NCBI GenBank assembly: GCA_026418475.1
Contig: JAOABG010000001.1
Location: 7,342-71,341, forward strand
Reading direction: 5' to 3'
From: a bacterium
GTDB taxonomy: Bacteria > DRYD01
DNA: 64,000 bases
The translations under genes were made by a program, and so were the position numbers. This document shows, piece after piece, positions 27,383 through 36,949 of this stretch; the stretch's first letter is position 1, and every line of letters starts with the position of its first letter. Under the pieces are notes generated by a model that was given only the letters and a program-made list of their open reading frames with translations, was not told where the DNA came from and did not search any database.

Positions 27383-28639
27383 ATGGATAGAAAATTTTCG
27401 TACATATTTACGGGTGGTATAGTCGCTTTAATGTTATATTTTATTTTCCATTTATTTTACCCTTTATCCAAGAATGTTGGGGTTCCTATAAAGCTTGGGC
27501 TTGATCTCAGGTATGGAATACACATAATGTTGGAAATGTATGATCCATCTAAAATGGTATTAAGTGATAGTGAAATGAGACAGATAATAGGAATATTAGA
27601 AAAAAGGCTCAATCCAACTGGCACTTACGAGGTAATTATTCAACAAGCTGGTAATAATAGGGTAATTGTGGAAATACCAGAAATAACTGATACTTCAGAA
27701 GCTATTCAAAGGGTTACAAAAGTTGGAAAATTGGAATTCAAAGTTGATGAGTACGATCCAAATACGGGTGTGATGAATAAGAAGACCGTTCTTACAGGGG
27801 ACAGAATAATAAGGGCCACTGTTGAGTATGATCCAAATACTCACTATCCACATGTTGCTTTTACTCTTGATTCTGAAGGGGCAAAGATATTTGAACAGAT
27901 AACAAGAGATTATCTCCAGAAACCAATATATATATTCTTTGATAACAATGAAATTTCTGCACCTGTTGTTCAATCCGTTATAACTGGTGGAAGTGGAATA
28001 ATAACTCTTGGGACTAAAGATAAGGAGCAAGCTTTAAAAGAAGCACGAGAATTGGCAATATATCTCAATGCTGGGAAATTGGATTATCCACCGAGAGTTC
28101 TGGAAGCTTATACAATAGGACCAACTTTGGGAGAGAAACACTTGAAAAAAAGTTTGGAAGCTGGTGTTATTGCTCTGGTTATGGTTGCTATCTTTATGAT
28201 AGTTTTTTATGGTGTTCCGGGTTTGGTTGCTGTCTTCGCTTTGGTTTTCTATGGACTCCTGTTTTTATGGATAGTTTCTGTTAGTAGTGCTGTCTTGACA
28301 CTAGGATCTATTGCTGGGATTATTCTCTCTGTTGGTATGGCAGTTGATGCTAATATACTTATCTTTGAAAGATTAAAAGAGGAGATAAAATCGGGAAAAC
28401 CTATAAATACTTCGTTAGATCTTGCTTTTGCAAGATCATTTGATACTATTCTTGATAGTCATTTGACTACTATTATTGCTGCTTTAATACTGATGATATT
28501 TGGTACTTCAACTATTCAGGGTTTTGGGTTTGCGTTGCTTTGGGGAAACGTTGTTAGCTTTTTCACTGCTATCTATGTAACAAAAACTGTCATGTATCTT
28601 CTGTTTTATTTTAATCCAAAGGTTGTTGAAATAAAGTAA
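27383..28639 (+). CDS. secD: Protein translocase subunit SecD
   Basis: 418 aa. N-terminal TM, periplasmic domain, C-terminal 6-TM with 'GMAVDANILIFERLKEE'. Confidence 0.8.
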   Translation: MDRKFSYIFTGGIVALMLYFIFHLFYPLSKNVGVPIKLGLDLRYGIHIMLEMYDPSKMVLSDSEMRQIIGILEKRLNPTGTYEVIIQQAGNNRVIVEIPEITDTSEAIQRVTKVGKLEFKVDEYDPNTGVMNKKTVLTGDRIIRATVEYDPNTHYPHVAFTLDSEGAKIFEQITRDYLQKPIYIFFDNNEISAPVVQSVITGGSGIITLGTKDKEQALKEARELAIYLNAGKLDYPPRVLEAYTIGPTLGEKHLKKSLEAGVIALVMVAIFMIVFYGVPGLVAVFALVFYGLLFLWIVSVSSAVLTLGSIAGIILSVGMAVDANILIFERLKEEIKSGKPINTSLDLAFARSFDTILDSHLTTIIAALILMIFGTSTIQGFGFALLWGNVVSFFTAIYVTKTVMYLLFYFNPKVVEIK

Positions 28640-28640
28640 G

Positions 28641-30503
28641 ATGAGAGAATTAACTTTCAGGGCTGTTCTTTTAGGTATAATCTTAGGTGTTGTTCTGAGT
28701 TCCGCTAACGCTTATTTGGGGTTAAAAGCTGGTATGACTGTTGCTGCTGCTATACCAGCTGCAGTTATATCAATGTTAGTCTTAACAAAGTTGTTGAAAA
28801 ATGGAACAATACTTGAAAATAATATGGTTCAGACTATGGCTTCCGTTGCTCAGGCTGTTGCAGCAGGAGTAATATTTACTGTCCCTTCTTTCTTTATACT
28901 TCATAAAACTGGCGTTATAGGTTTTATTCCATCATACTGGTTAATTTTAATATTGACTTTTATTGGTAGTTTATGGGGAGTAGTATTTATGATAATTTTT
29001 AGGAAACCCCATATTGTGGATGAACATGATATTCTGCCATATCCTGAGGGAACTGCTTGTGCGGAGGTTCTGAAAACTGGTCAGAAAGCCACTGAAAATG
29101 CCAAATTTTTGTTATGGGGGTTTATTATTGCTGCTATTCTTAAAATTCTACAGAATATAAAAATAAAACTTGGTGATAAGGTTTACAAGATTTTTGATGA
29201 AATGTTTTCGTTTTCTATGGTTTCAAAAAACATTCCTATTTCTTTACAGAAGTTCACGTTGTCGTTGGAACTTTTACCTGCTCTTTTTGGAGTTGGTATG
29301 ATTGTTGGTATTAGAATAGGTATAATGATGGCAACAGGTGCTTTGCTTGCCTGGTGGGTTATTATACCTACCATAGGGATTTTTCAGCCAGAGCTCTCAG
29401 CTTATCAAATTTATAGAGGATATATAAGATACATTGGTATAGGTGTTATAATAACAGGTGCTATATTTTCTTTTTTTCAATTTCTACCAGTTATTCTGAA
29501 AATTATCAGGGGTTATGATTTTAAAACAGAATTTAAAAAAGATCCTCACAGGGATTTATGGTATGATAATCCAAATTATATGAAAGACATCCCATTTAGT
29601 GTTGCTCTTATACTTATACTCATAGGTTGTGTTATTTTTTTCTTTGTTAATCCTGTTGAGAGTTTGCTTGGGAAAGCTTTATCATTTTTGGTTCTCATTG
29701 TTTTTGCTATTCTGTTCACTGCTGTTTCCTCATATATAGTTGGTATGGTTGGTTCTAGCAATCAACCTGTTAGTGCGATGACGATTTCTACTTTGATAGC
29801 TGTGGCTTTGACTCTAAAGTTTATAGGGTTGTTTGGAGAACAGGGAATAGTTGCTGTTCTCATTCTCTCTGTTATAGCTTGTATTTCTCTGGCAATTGCT
29901 GGTGATATGTCTCAGGATTTGAAAACTGGTTTTCTAGTTAAGGCCACTCCCTATAATCAGCAAATAGTTGGTATAATTTCTGCTGTGGTTTCCAGCTTTT
30001 TCCTGAGTTATCTAATTTTTGTTTTGAATGATGTTTATGGGTTTGTGGGAACAGCTAATCCTTTACCTGCACCACAGGCTAATCTTATTGCCACACTTTC
30101 ACAAAGCATATTTCAGGGAGATATTAAATGGAATGAGATAGTTATTGGAATGCTGTTGGGTTTAATAGCCAGATTACTTGGTTTTTCAGTTCTTGCTTTT
30201 GGAGTCGGAGTTTATCTACCTTTGGGATTGTCTATCCCAATTTTATTGGGTGGATGGTTTTCTAATTTGATAAAGAGTAACGAATTTAAGGATAGTGAAG
30301 AAAGAAAGGTGCTTACAGCTTCAGGGTTAATAGCAGGAGATACTATTTTGGGAATAGTTTTTGTATTTTTAATAGCTGGTGGTATTATGTCTTCCCCTAG
30401 TGATAGTGATATTCCTATATTTGGAACGTTATCTCCTTTTTTATCTCTAATTGCATTTTCAACAATGATATACCTTGTGTATAGACTTATAAGACAAAAA
30501 TGA
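28641..30503 (+). CDS. OPT-family oligopeptide transporter
   Basis: 620 aa, ~16 TM; N-terminal 'ELTFRAVLLGIILGVVLSSANAYLGLKAGMTVAAAIPAAVISM' is the OPT superfamily signature. Confidence 0.75.
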   Translation: MRELTFRAVLLGIILGVVLSSANAYLGLKAGMTVAAAIPAAVISMLVLTKLLKNGTILENNMVQTMASVAQAVAAGVIFTVPSFFILHKTGVIGFIPSYWLILILTFIGSLWGVVFMIIFRKPHIVDEHDILPYPEGTACAEVLKTGQKATENAKFLLWGFIIAAILKILQNIKIKLGDKVYKIFDEMFSFSMVSKNIPISLQKFTLSLELLPALFGVGMIVGIRIGIMMATGALLAWWVIIPTIGIFQPELSAYQIYRGYIRYIGIGVIITGAIFSFFQFLPVILKIIRGYDFKTEFKKDPHRDLWYDNPNYMKDIPFSVALILILIGCVIFFFVNPVESLLGKALSFLVLIVFAILFTAVSSYIVGMVGSSNQPVSAMTISTLIAVALTLKFIGLFGEQGIVAVLILSVIACISLAIAGDMSQDLKTGFLVKATPYNQQIVGIISAVVSSFFLSYLIFVLNDVYGFVGTANPLPAPQANLIATLSQSIFQGDIKWNEIVIGMLLGLIARLLGFSVLAFGVGVYLPLGLSIPILLGGWFSNLIKSNEFKDSEERKVLTASGLIAGDTILGIVFVFLIAGGIMSSPSDSDIPIFGTLSPFLSLIAFSTMIYLVYRLIRQK

Positions 30504-32305
30504 TAATAAGGGTTTTACTCATTATCTTTTCTTTTTTATATTTTTTGATACGAGTGTTTTTTGTTGATAAACAGGAAGAAAAATATTTTGTAGTTGATTA
30601 TTTTGAAGCTGTTGATTTTGTTTCTTCGTTTAATTATTATCCTGATGAGTATTTTAGAAGAGAGATATTACCATATTTCAATGCTATTTCCATAAGATTG
30701 AAAACTCTTAATGAATTGAAAAATGAGGGTTTGGTTGACTTGGCCACTTCCGATTCTATAAAAGTTGAACCTAAGTTTTGGTATATCAATTTGAGTAATA
30801 TGAATTGGAATTACAAATATAGCTTTATTTACTGTCCAATTGAAGAAAAAATGGAAAGAATAGAAAAAATTATAAAAGCCTTGAAAATAGAATATAGTAG
30901 GTTTGGTAATGTTCTAATTGTTAAAGCCAGTGATAAATATCTTTTTAACCTACAGGTATTTTACTTAGAGGATTTGGATATTCAGAAAAAAATATTTTGG
31001 AGAGTTGGTTCTTTTCTATATGATCTTGATTATTTGAAGGTTTATTGTAAGAGGGGTGATGTTATTCTTTTCACGGGGCCTTTTGTTGCTGGATATCCCA
31101 AAAATTTGAACGAAGTGCAAAATTTCCTTTATGATAATGGTTTACTTTTTGCGTTCCCTGAATTTTATGATTCAAGGAGTGTTCAATTGGGATTAAATGT
31201 TTTGGCTAAAAATGGGGGAATAAAAATATTCAGTACTATGGTTTTGAGAAATAGGCCTATAAGTCAGGTTTTGGGTTCTGTCGATTTGGCTTTGAGTGAA
31301 AGGAATTGCAATGCTGTTATGTTCAGATTTTTTGATAAGTATTCATTGTATCAAAATCTCGATGTTATAAAGGAGATAAAGAATAGCTTTTTCTATCGTG
31401 ACATTTTGGAGACTGATAGTAATAAAGATGTAATGAATGGCTTGTTGAGAATACTTGTATTTATAAATCTTATTATATTTGCTATTTTGGTTTTTATTTC
31501 TTACAGCTATTATTATGATCTTTTATCTAGCAATGGTTATCCTGTTAATAGTTTTTGGTTTGCTATTTTGGGATTGGTTAATAGTTTATTTGTTGTAGTT
31601 GGTAAGCTGGCTAATTTGGGTGTTATCTTTAATTTAGCTTTAATTGTGGGTGTTTCTTTTGCTCTCGTTACCATATTTTTTAAAGTTTTCGAGTATCAAA
31701 AGAATGTTTATATGAGATATTTGGAGGTTTTGATTTATTCGTTATCTATAGGTATTATTTTGAATTCATTGTTTTTTGAAAATGTTTATATTTTAGGTGT
31801 TGAAAAAGTGAGGTTTGTAAAATTACTTCTTGTATTACCTATAGTTATGTCTTTATTTGCTGTTTTTAGTTATAATCAAATTATTTTATTTTTCTATAGG
31901 AGGATGAGGATTTTAGATTTCTCATTGGTATTTCTAATTTTGGGATTTATTGGGTTTTACTTGTTGAGAAGTGGTAACACAGATTTGGCTTTGCCTTTTG
32001 AGGATAAGGTCAGAAATTTTTTGGATAGAGTTTTAATAGCTAGGCCAAGATTTAAAGAGTTTCTTGTTGGTAACCCTTCAATATTGGCTTCTTCTTACTC
32101 AAAATATTTTATCCCTTTATCGTTTGTGAGTTTAGCTGGTATAGTTAATAGTTTTTTACATATTCATACTCCTATTTTTTACAGTTTTTTAAGAACTTTT
32201 TGGGGTGCTTTATTGGGATTAATTATATTTTTATTAATAAAGAAAATAATAGAGGTAAAATTTATTAAAACAGATAAAATAGAAAAAGGGGGTATGGAAA
32301 GATAA
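30500..32305 (+). CDS. Hypothetical large membrane protein (N-terminal TM, ~280-aa extracytoplasmic domain, ~8 C-terminal TM)
   Basis: 601-aa ORF overlapping the OPT gene by 4 nt; no recognised motif. Confidence 0.45.
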   Translation: MIIRVLLIIFSFLYFLIRVFFVDKQEEKYFVVDYFEAVDFVSSFNYYPDEYFRREILPYFNAISIRLKTLNELKNEGLVDLATSDSIKVEPKFWYINLSNMNWNYKYSFIYCPIEEKMERIEKIIKALKIEYSRFGNVLIVKASDKYLFNLQVFYLEDLDIQKKIFWRVGSFLYDLDYLKVYCKRGDVILFTGPFVAGYPKNLNEVQNFLYDNGLLFAFPEFYDSRSVQLGLNVLAKNGGIKIFSTMVLRNRPISQVLGSVDLALSERNCNAVMFRFFDKYSLYQNLDVIKEIKNSFFYRDILETDSNKDVMNGLLRILVFINLIIFAILVFISYSYYYDLLSSNGYPVNSFWFAILGLVNSLFVVVGKLANLGVIFNLALIVGVSFALVTIFFKVFEYQKNVYMRYLEVLIYSLSIGIILNSLFFENVYILGVEKVRFVKLLLVLPIVMSLFAVFSYNQIILFFYRRMRILDFSLVFLILGFIGFYLLRSGNTDLALPFEDKVRNFLDRVLIARPRFKEFLVGNPSILASSYSKYFIPLSFVSLAGIVNSFLHIHTPIFYSFLRTFWGALLGLIIFLLIKKIIEVKFIKTDKIEKGGMER

Positions 32306-32368
32306 TAAAGTGCCTAACAGGGGCCTAAAAAGAATACCTGTTGCGCTATAAGTGCTAAGGAGGATTAG

Positions 32369-32728
32369 GTGACCAAATTGTTCGTCGGTAACTTGAGCTA
32401 TCAATTGACAGAGGATGAACTCAGACAAACCTTCCAAGGATATGGAAGTATAAAAGAACTCAGATTGCTTCAAAGCAAAGGGTTTGGATTTGTTGAGTTC
32501 GAATCTTCTGAATCTGCCCAAAAAGCTTTAGAAGAGTTGAATGGAAAAGAGCTCAAGGGTAGAAAAATGAGAGTCGAAATGGCTAAGCCAAGAGAAGAAA
32601 AAGAGTCCAGAGAACCCAGAGAAGGAAGTAGATTTAGACAGTATAGTGGCTCATCCAGAGGACCAAGAGGCTCCAGAACCCCTGGTAGACCACAGAGAAC
32701 CGGTTTCTCAAGAAGAAGAGAAGACTAA
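32369..32728 (+). CDS. RRM-domain RNA-binding protein with Arg/Gly/Ser-rich C-terminal tail
   Basis: RNP-2 'LFVGNLSY' and RNP-1 'KGFGFVEF'. GTG start after the AGGAGG RBS. Confidence 0.8.
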   Translation: MTKLFVGNLSYQLTEDELRQTFQGYGSIKELRLLQSKGFGFVEFESSESAQKALEELNGKELKGRKMRVEMAKPREEKESREPREGSRFRQYSGSSRGPRGSRTPGRPQRTGFSRRRED

Positions 32729-32753
32729 AGTTTAGCAATCCATACCCCCTTTT

Positions 32754-32839
32754 GGGGAAGTGGCGGAAAAGGAAGACGCGTTGGCCTCAGGAGCCAATGG
32801 GAATAAACTCCCGTGTGGGTTCAAATCCCACCTTCCCCA
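32754..32839 (+). tRNA. tRNA-Leu (anticodon CAG), class II with long variable arm
   Basis: Acceptor GGGGAAG/CTTCCCC, anticodon stem TTGGC/GCCAA with loop CUCAGGA, variable arm GGGA..TCCC, T-arm GTGGGTTCAAATCCCAC. No encoded CCA. Confidence 0.85.
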
Positions 32840-32850
32840 CAATCTGAAAC

Positions 32851-33630
32851 TTGAAGTTCATAGTAAATATCAATTCAAAACTCGTAGATTTGGTCTCTCA
32901 AAATCTGAAAATATCAAAAAACAAAGCTAAAGATATAATAGACCAAAAAAGAGTATTTGTCAATAAAAAGGTAATTTGGATAGCCTCGTACAATTTAGAA
33001 CCAAATGACTTGGTAGAAATTGCACCTCCAAAAGAGAAATGTAAACAATATGACATAATTTATGAAGACGAAAACTTCATTGTTGTTTCAAAAGGTCCAG
33101 AGTTTATCGTTAACAATTCAACAGATAGTCTGGAAAATATTCTAAGAAAAAAATTTGGAAACTCTATCAAAGCTATCCATAGGATAGACAAGGATACCAC
33201 AGGACTGGTTTTATTTGCTAAAAATTTAGAAGTTTTCTATAAGATGAAAGAAAAATGGAATACTGTTGAAAAAACATATTACTGTATATCACTAAATGAA
33301 GCCAAATTTAAGTTCAAAGAGATAGATTATCCAATAGATAATAAAAAAGCTATATCTACTGTCATTTTAATTTCAAAAAATAATGGTTTATCTCTTTTTA
33401 AAATAAGGACTTTTACGGGTAGAAAACACCAAATAAGAATACATTTGAAGTTGATTGGGTTTCCTATTTTGGGAGATTATGTTTATGGACCATCCAAGAC
33501 AAATTTAATAATTAATAGACAAATGCTTCACGCTTATAAAATTCAATTCAATTATGATAACAGAAACATATTATTGGTATCGCCAATTCCTGAAGATATG
33601 CAGAAAATAATAAAGGAAAATGGTTTATAA
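32851..33630 (+). CDS. RluA-family pseudouridine synthase (S4 domain + catalytic HRxD)
   Basis: 'HRIDKDTTGLVLFAKN' catalytic Asp motif; N-terminal S4-like segment. Confidence 0.8.
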   Translation: MKFIVNINSKLVDLVSQNLKISKNKAKDIIDQKRVFVNKKVIWIASYNLEPNDLVEIAPPKEKCKQYDIIYEDENFIVVSKGPEFIVNNSTDSLENILRKKFGNSIKAIHRIDKDTTGLVLFAKNLEVFYKMKEKWNTVEKTYYCISLNEAKFKFKEIDYPIDNKKAISTVILISKNNGLSLFKIRTFTGRKHQIRIHLKLIGFPILGDYVYGPSKTNLIINRQMLHAYKIQFNYDNRNILLVSPIPEDMQKIIKENGL

Positions 33631-34225
33631 ATTTTCTTATCCCAAACATGTCAAAAGAGCTTTGGATATCATTGGTACTATAGGTAAGAAATTGAATGTT
33701 TTAATATGGGTTTCTGATTCTCGCAGCCCTTACCTGACTTCTAAATATATACCAGAATTATTAAACAAAATAGATTATGATAAAAAATTGATAGTTTTTG
33801 TGAATAAGATGGACTTGGTGAATGATTTTGATTATAGGCTTTTTAAGGAATATCTTAAACAAATAATTAAAAGAGATTTCACGGTTTTATATGGATCTCA
33901 CAAGAATTGCAAAGAGTTGTATAATTATCTTGAAAGATTATCAGATAATGAATTATTTATAAACTGTGTATTTGTGGGTTTACCAAATGTTGGAAAATCG
34001 AGTATTATAAACTGTTTGGTTAATAAGAAAAAAACAGAGGTTTCTGTTTTACCTGGAACCACCAGAAATTTGAAATGGATTTCTTTGAGATATAACATAA
34101 AAGTTTTGGATTCTCCTGGTGTTGTATTACCATTCCAGATTACTCAAGAAGAACTTGCTGAATTACTTGAATTAAAAATAATAAACCGTTCTTTTGTTAG
34201 TTCACCAGATAATAAATTTTTGTAA
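33620..34225 (+). CDS. Circularly permuted GTPase (RbgA/YlqF-like ribosome biogenesis GTPase)
   Basis: Motif order G4 (FVNKMDLV), then G1 (GLPNVGKSSIIN), then G3 (DSPG); 201 aa. Confidence 0.6.
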   Translation: MVYKFSYPKHVKRALDIIGTIGKKLNVLIWVSDSRSPYLTSKYIPELLNKIDYDKKLIVFVNKMDLVNDFDYRLFKEYLKQIIKRDFTVLYGSHKNCKELYNYLERLSDNELFINCVFVGLPNVGKSSIINCLVNKKKTEVSVLPGTTRNLKWISLRYNIKVLDSPGVVLPFQITQEELAELLELKIINRSFVSSPDNKFL

Positions 34226-34330
34226 AAATGAATCAAATTTTTTACATTTTTTTTACAATAAATAATCTAGTGTTAAAAATTTTTTACGCAATATAAAGTT
34301 GAGATTTTTCTATATTAGGAGGGATTAGTT

Positions 34331-35473
34331 ATGAAAATAACGGGTAATTTGAATAATAATATATCTAATAAGCTTATAGTCGATTCTTCTACTCAAAATT
34401 TTGTTAATTCAAATAATGTAGATGACATGGATAGAGTTTCAAACCAAGATATTTTAAATGACAAGGTATTGGGTAATTTGTTTGGTGCTATTGGGGGAGA
34501 GATTGGAAGATTTCCAATATCATTTGCCATAGGTGCTTTTTTGTTAGCTGGGCTGATTGGTCTGGGACCTTTGGGTTCTATAATTTCAGGATTGGGATTA
34601 ACTGCTCTTGAGATTATCCCCGATTTAACTTATTTTGGAGGAGGGATAATTGCAAAGCTGAATAAAAAAATGTCGGATAATCAAAAAGTAGAAGAAGATA
34701 AATTTGATAAAATAATGAAAAATATTGGAAAAATTAGTATGGGTAAGATAGTGGGTGCTACATTGGGCGCAACTTTAGGATATTCAATAGGCAAAATCCT
34801 CAATCTTTTTAATGTTGATTTACCTTATCCCAAGAGATTAGTGGAAGAAACAAGAGATTTTAAATTAACAAAAATTATTGGGAATGCTAGTAATATTACT
34901 CATACTTCCAGAAAGAAAATAACTTCTGATGAATTGAAAAAAATAATGAAAAATCTCAAGCCAGGTGACATTATAATAAATGAAATAGAAGATTATACTT
35001 TTATAAATTTGGTTGCTACTTTGAAAACAGGAAAAGTTATGCAGTGGGGACATGCCATGATATATCTAGGAGATGGTAAGGTAATGGAAGCAAGAATGGA
35101 AACAGATTCTGTAACAGAGAACGATTTTGTTAAATCAAATACTGGTTATACCCATCTTATTGTTATAAGACCTCCTGAAGTGCTGGCCTCTAAGATAGTT
35201 GAAAAAGCAAAAGAATATAAAGATAAGGTTAAATATGATTTTGATTATGATCTTGAAAGTGATGATGCCATGTACTGTAGTGAGTTTGTGTATAAGGTTA
35301 TAAAAGAGGTTGATAAATCTGTGAAAATAAATCTTAGGAAAGAGCTACTCGGGGGTAAATCTGTATATCCTGATGAATTGGTTGAAATACCCACTATGAA
35401 TGACTCTTGGAAAGTGGTTTATCTTTCTGATGATAACAATCTTTGGTATAACATACTTTCTAAATACAGATAA
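34331..35473 (+). CDS. Membrane protein with Gly-zipper (GxxxG-rich) helices and a C-terminal permuted papain-fold (YiiX/DUF830-like) domain
   Basis: 'GAIGGEIGRFPISFAIGAFLLAGLIGLGPLGSIISGLGLTALE', 'GATLGATLGYSIG', then 'WGHAMIYLGDGKVMEA...DFDYDLESDDAMYCSEFVYKV'. Confidence 0.5.
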   Translation: MKITGNLNNNISNKLIVDSSTQNFVNSNNVDDMDRVSNQDILNDKVLGNLFGAIGGEIGRFPISFAIGAFLLAGLIGLGPLGSIISGLGLTALEIIPDLTYFGGGIIAKLNKKMSDNQKVEEDKFDKIMKNIGKISMGKIVGATLGATLGYSIGKILNLFNVDLPYPKRLVEETRDFKLTKIIGNASNITHTSRKKITSDELKKIMKNLKPGDIIINEIEDYTFINLVATLKTGKVMQWGHAMIYLGDGKVMEARMETDSVTENDFVKSNTGYTHLIVIRPPEVLASKIVEKAKEYKDKVKYDFDYDLESDDAMYCSEFVYKVIKEVDKSVKINLRKELLGGKSVYPDELVEIPTMNDSWKVVYLSDDNNLWYNILSKYR

Positions 35474-35534
35474 TTATAAAAGGGTTTGTTTTTGAATAGA
35501 TAGAAATTTTATATTAGGGAAGGGGGAGATTTAT

Positions 35535-36944
35535 ATGGAACTTTTGTTAGCGAGAATACACTTTGCAATGGCCACTACGTTCCACTTTATATTCCCACCT
35601 ATTACCATAGGCCTTTCACTCTTGATATTACTGTTCCAAACATTATACTTACTCAAAGGTAAAGAGGTATATAATGAAATATCTAAACTGTTGGTTAAGA
35701 TTTTAGCTGTAATATTTGTGGTGGGGGTGGTGACAGGATTTACACTGTCCTTTGCCTTTGGCATGTACTGGTCCAAGTTTTCTAAAATTGCTGCTGACTT
35801 GATTGGTATAACTATAACAGCTGAAGGTGTATTTGCTTTCTTCTTAGAAGGAGTATTCATTGGACTTCTTTTATTTGGCCAAAACAAATTACCTAAATCT
35901 ATGTATTGGTTTTCTGCTCTTATGGTGTTTTTAGGAACCCATTTGTCGGCGTTCTTTATACTTGCAACAAATAGTTGGATGCAAACTCCTGCAGGTCATG
36001 AAATTATAAGGAATGCCACAGGGCAAATTGATAAAATTATAATAGTCAACTGGTTTGAAGCTATTTTTAATCCATCAACTATGGCAAGGATGCTTCATAC
36101 TACAGTAGCCTGTTGGATAACAGCTTCATTACTTGTTTCCGCTGTGGCAGCCTACTATATGATATACAAAAAGAATATGGAACTTGCAAACACAATGTTC
36201 AGAATATCTTTCATTGTTTTTGCATTTTCATCATTTGCTCAGTTTTTTACAGGTCACTTGCAAGCTATGGTTGCTTACAAGTATCAACCTGCCAAAGTGG
36301 CTGCTTTTGAAGCAATGTGGGATACTCAAAGAGGACCTAATATACCAATGTCCATAATTGCTATTATTGATGAAAAGAATCAAAGGAACATTATAAATAT
36401 AGAGCTTCCATTTTTGAATTCTTTACTCTATGGAACCGAATTCTTTCCTCCCCACTTGGATTTAAATATAGAAATTAAGGGAATAAAGGAATTTGTTAAA
36501 ACTATGGAAGATGGTACTGTTGTTAAAGAACATCCCCCAGTTGCTATAACTTATTACACATTCAGGATAATGATTTTCTTGGGCACTTTTTTTGCAATTC
36601 TTGGAATCATAGGATTATTTTTATTGTATAAAAATAGAATTGACAATATAAAATTTCTGAAAGCTGTTTTACATTCTTGGCCTTTACCTCTTATTGCCAA
36701 TACTGCAGGTTGGTATACTGCCGAGATAGGTAGACAGCCTTATATCATTTATGGTGTTCTTAAAACTAAAGATTCTCTTACTCCAAACTTAAATGCTTTC
36801 ACAATTTTGTTAACCATAGTTGTTTTACTTGCTCTGTATTTGTTTTTATCTTATGTTGCTTATTACCTCATAACGAAAACTATAAAGAATTTAAATCAAG
36901 AAGTTGAGGAATTGCCAGCCTCTGAACCCATTAAGGAGGTGTAA
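35535..36944 (+). CDS. cydA: Cytochrome bd ubiquinol oxidase subunit I
   Basis: 'ELLLARIHFAMATTFHFIFPPITIGL', Q-loop region, 469 aa. Confidence 0.85.
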   Translation: MELLLARIHFAMATTFHFIFPPITIGLSLLILLFQTLYLLKGKEVYNEISKLLVKILAVIFVVGVVTGFTLSFAFGMYWSKFSKIAADLIGITITAEGVFAFFLEGVFIGLLLFGQNKLPKSMYWFSALMVFLGTHLSAFFILATNSWMQTPAGHEIIRNATGQIDKIIIVNWFEAIFNPSTMARMLHTTVACWITASLLVSAVAAYYMIYKKNMELANTMFRISFIVFAFSSFAQFFTGHLQAMVAYKYQPAKVAAFEAMWDTQRGPNIPMSIIAIIDEKNQRNIINIELPFLNSLLYGTEFFPPHLDLNIEIKGIKEFVKTMEDGTVVKEHPPVAITYYTFRIMIFLGTFFAILGIIGLFLLYKNRIDNIKFLKAVLHSWPLPLIANTAGWYTAEIGRQPYIIYGVLKTKDSLTPNLNAFTILLTIVVLLALYLFLSYVAYYLITKTIKNLNQEVEELPASEPIKEV

Positions 36945-36949
36945 TTTTT

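Noticed and set aside
32741-32760. CCCC-TTTT-GGGG hairpin as a terminator after the RRM gene
   Set aside because: Its 3' arm is the tRNA-Leu acceptor stem, and no U-tract follows.
35531-35887. 118-aa minus-strand ORF overlapping cydA
   Set aside because: Fully inside the well-supported cydA coding region on the opposite strand; no independent support.
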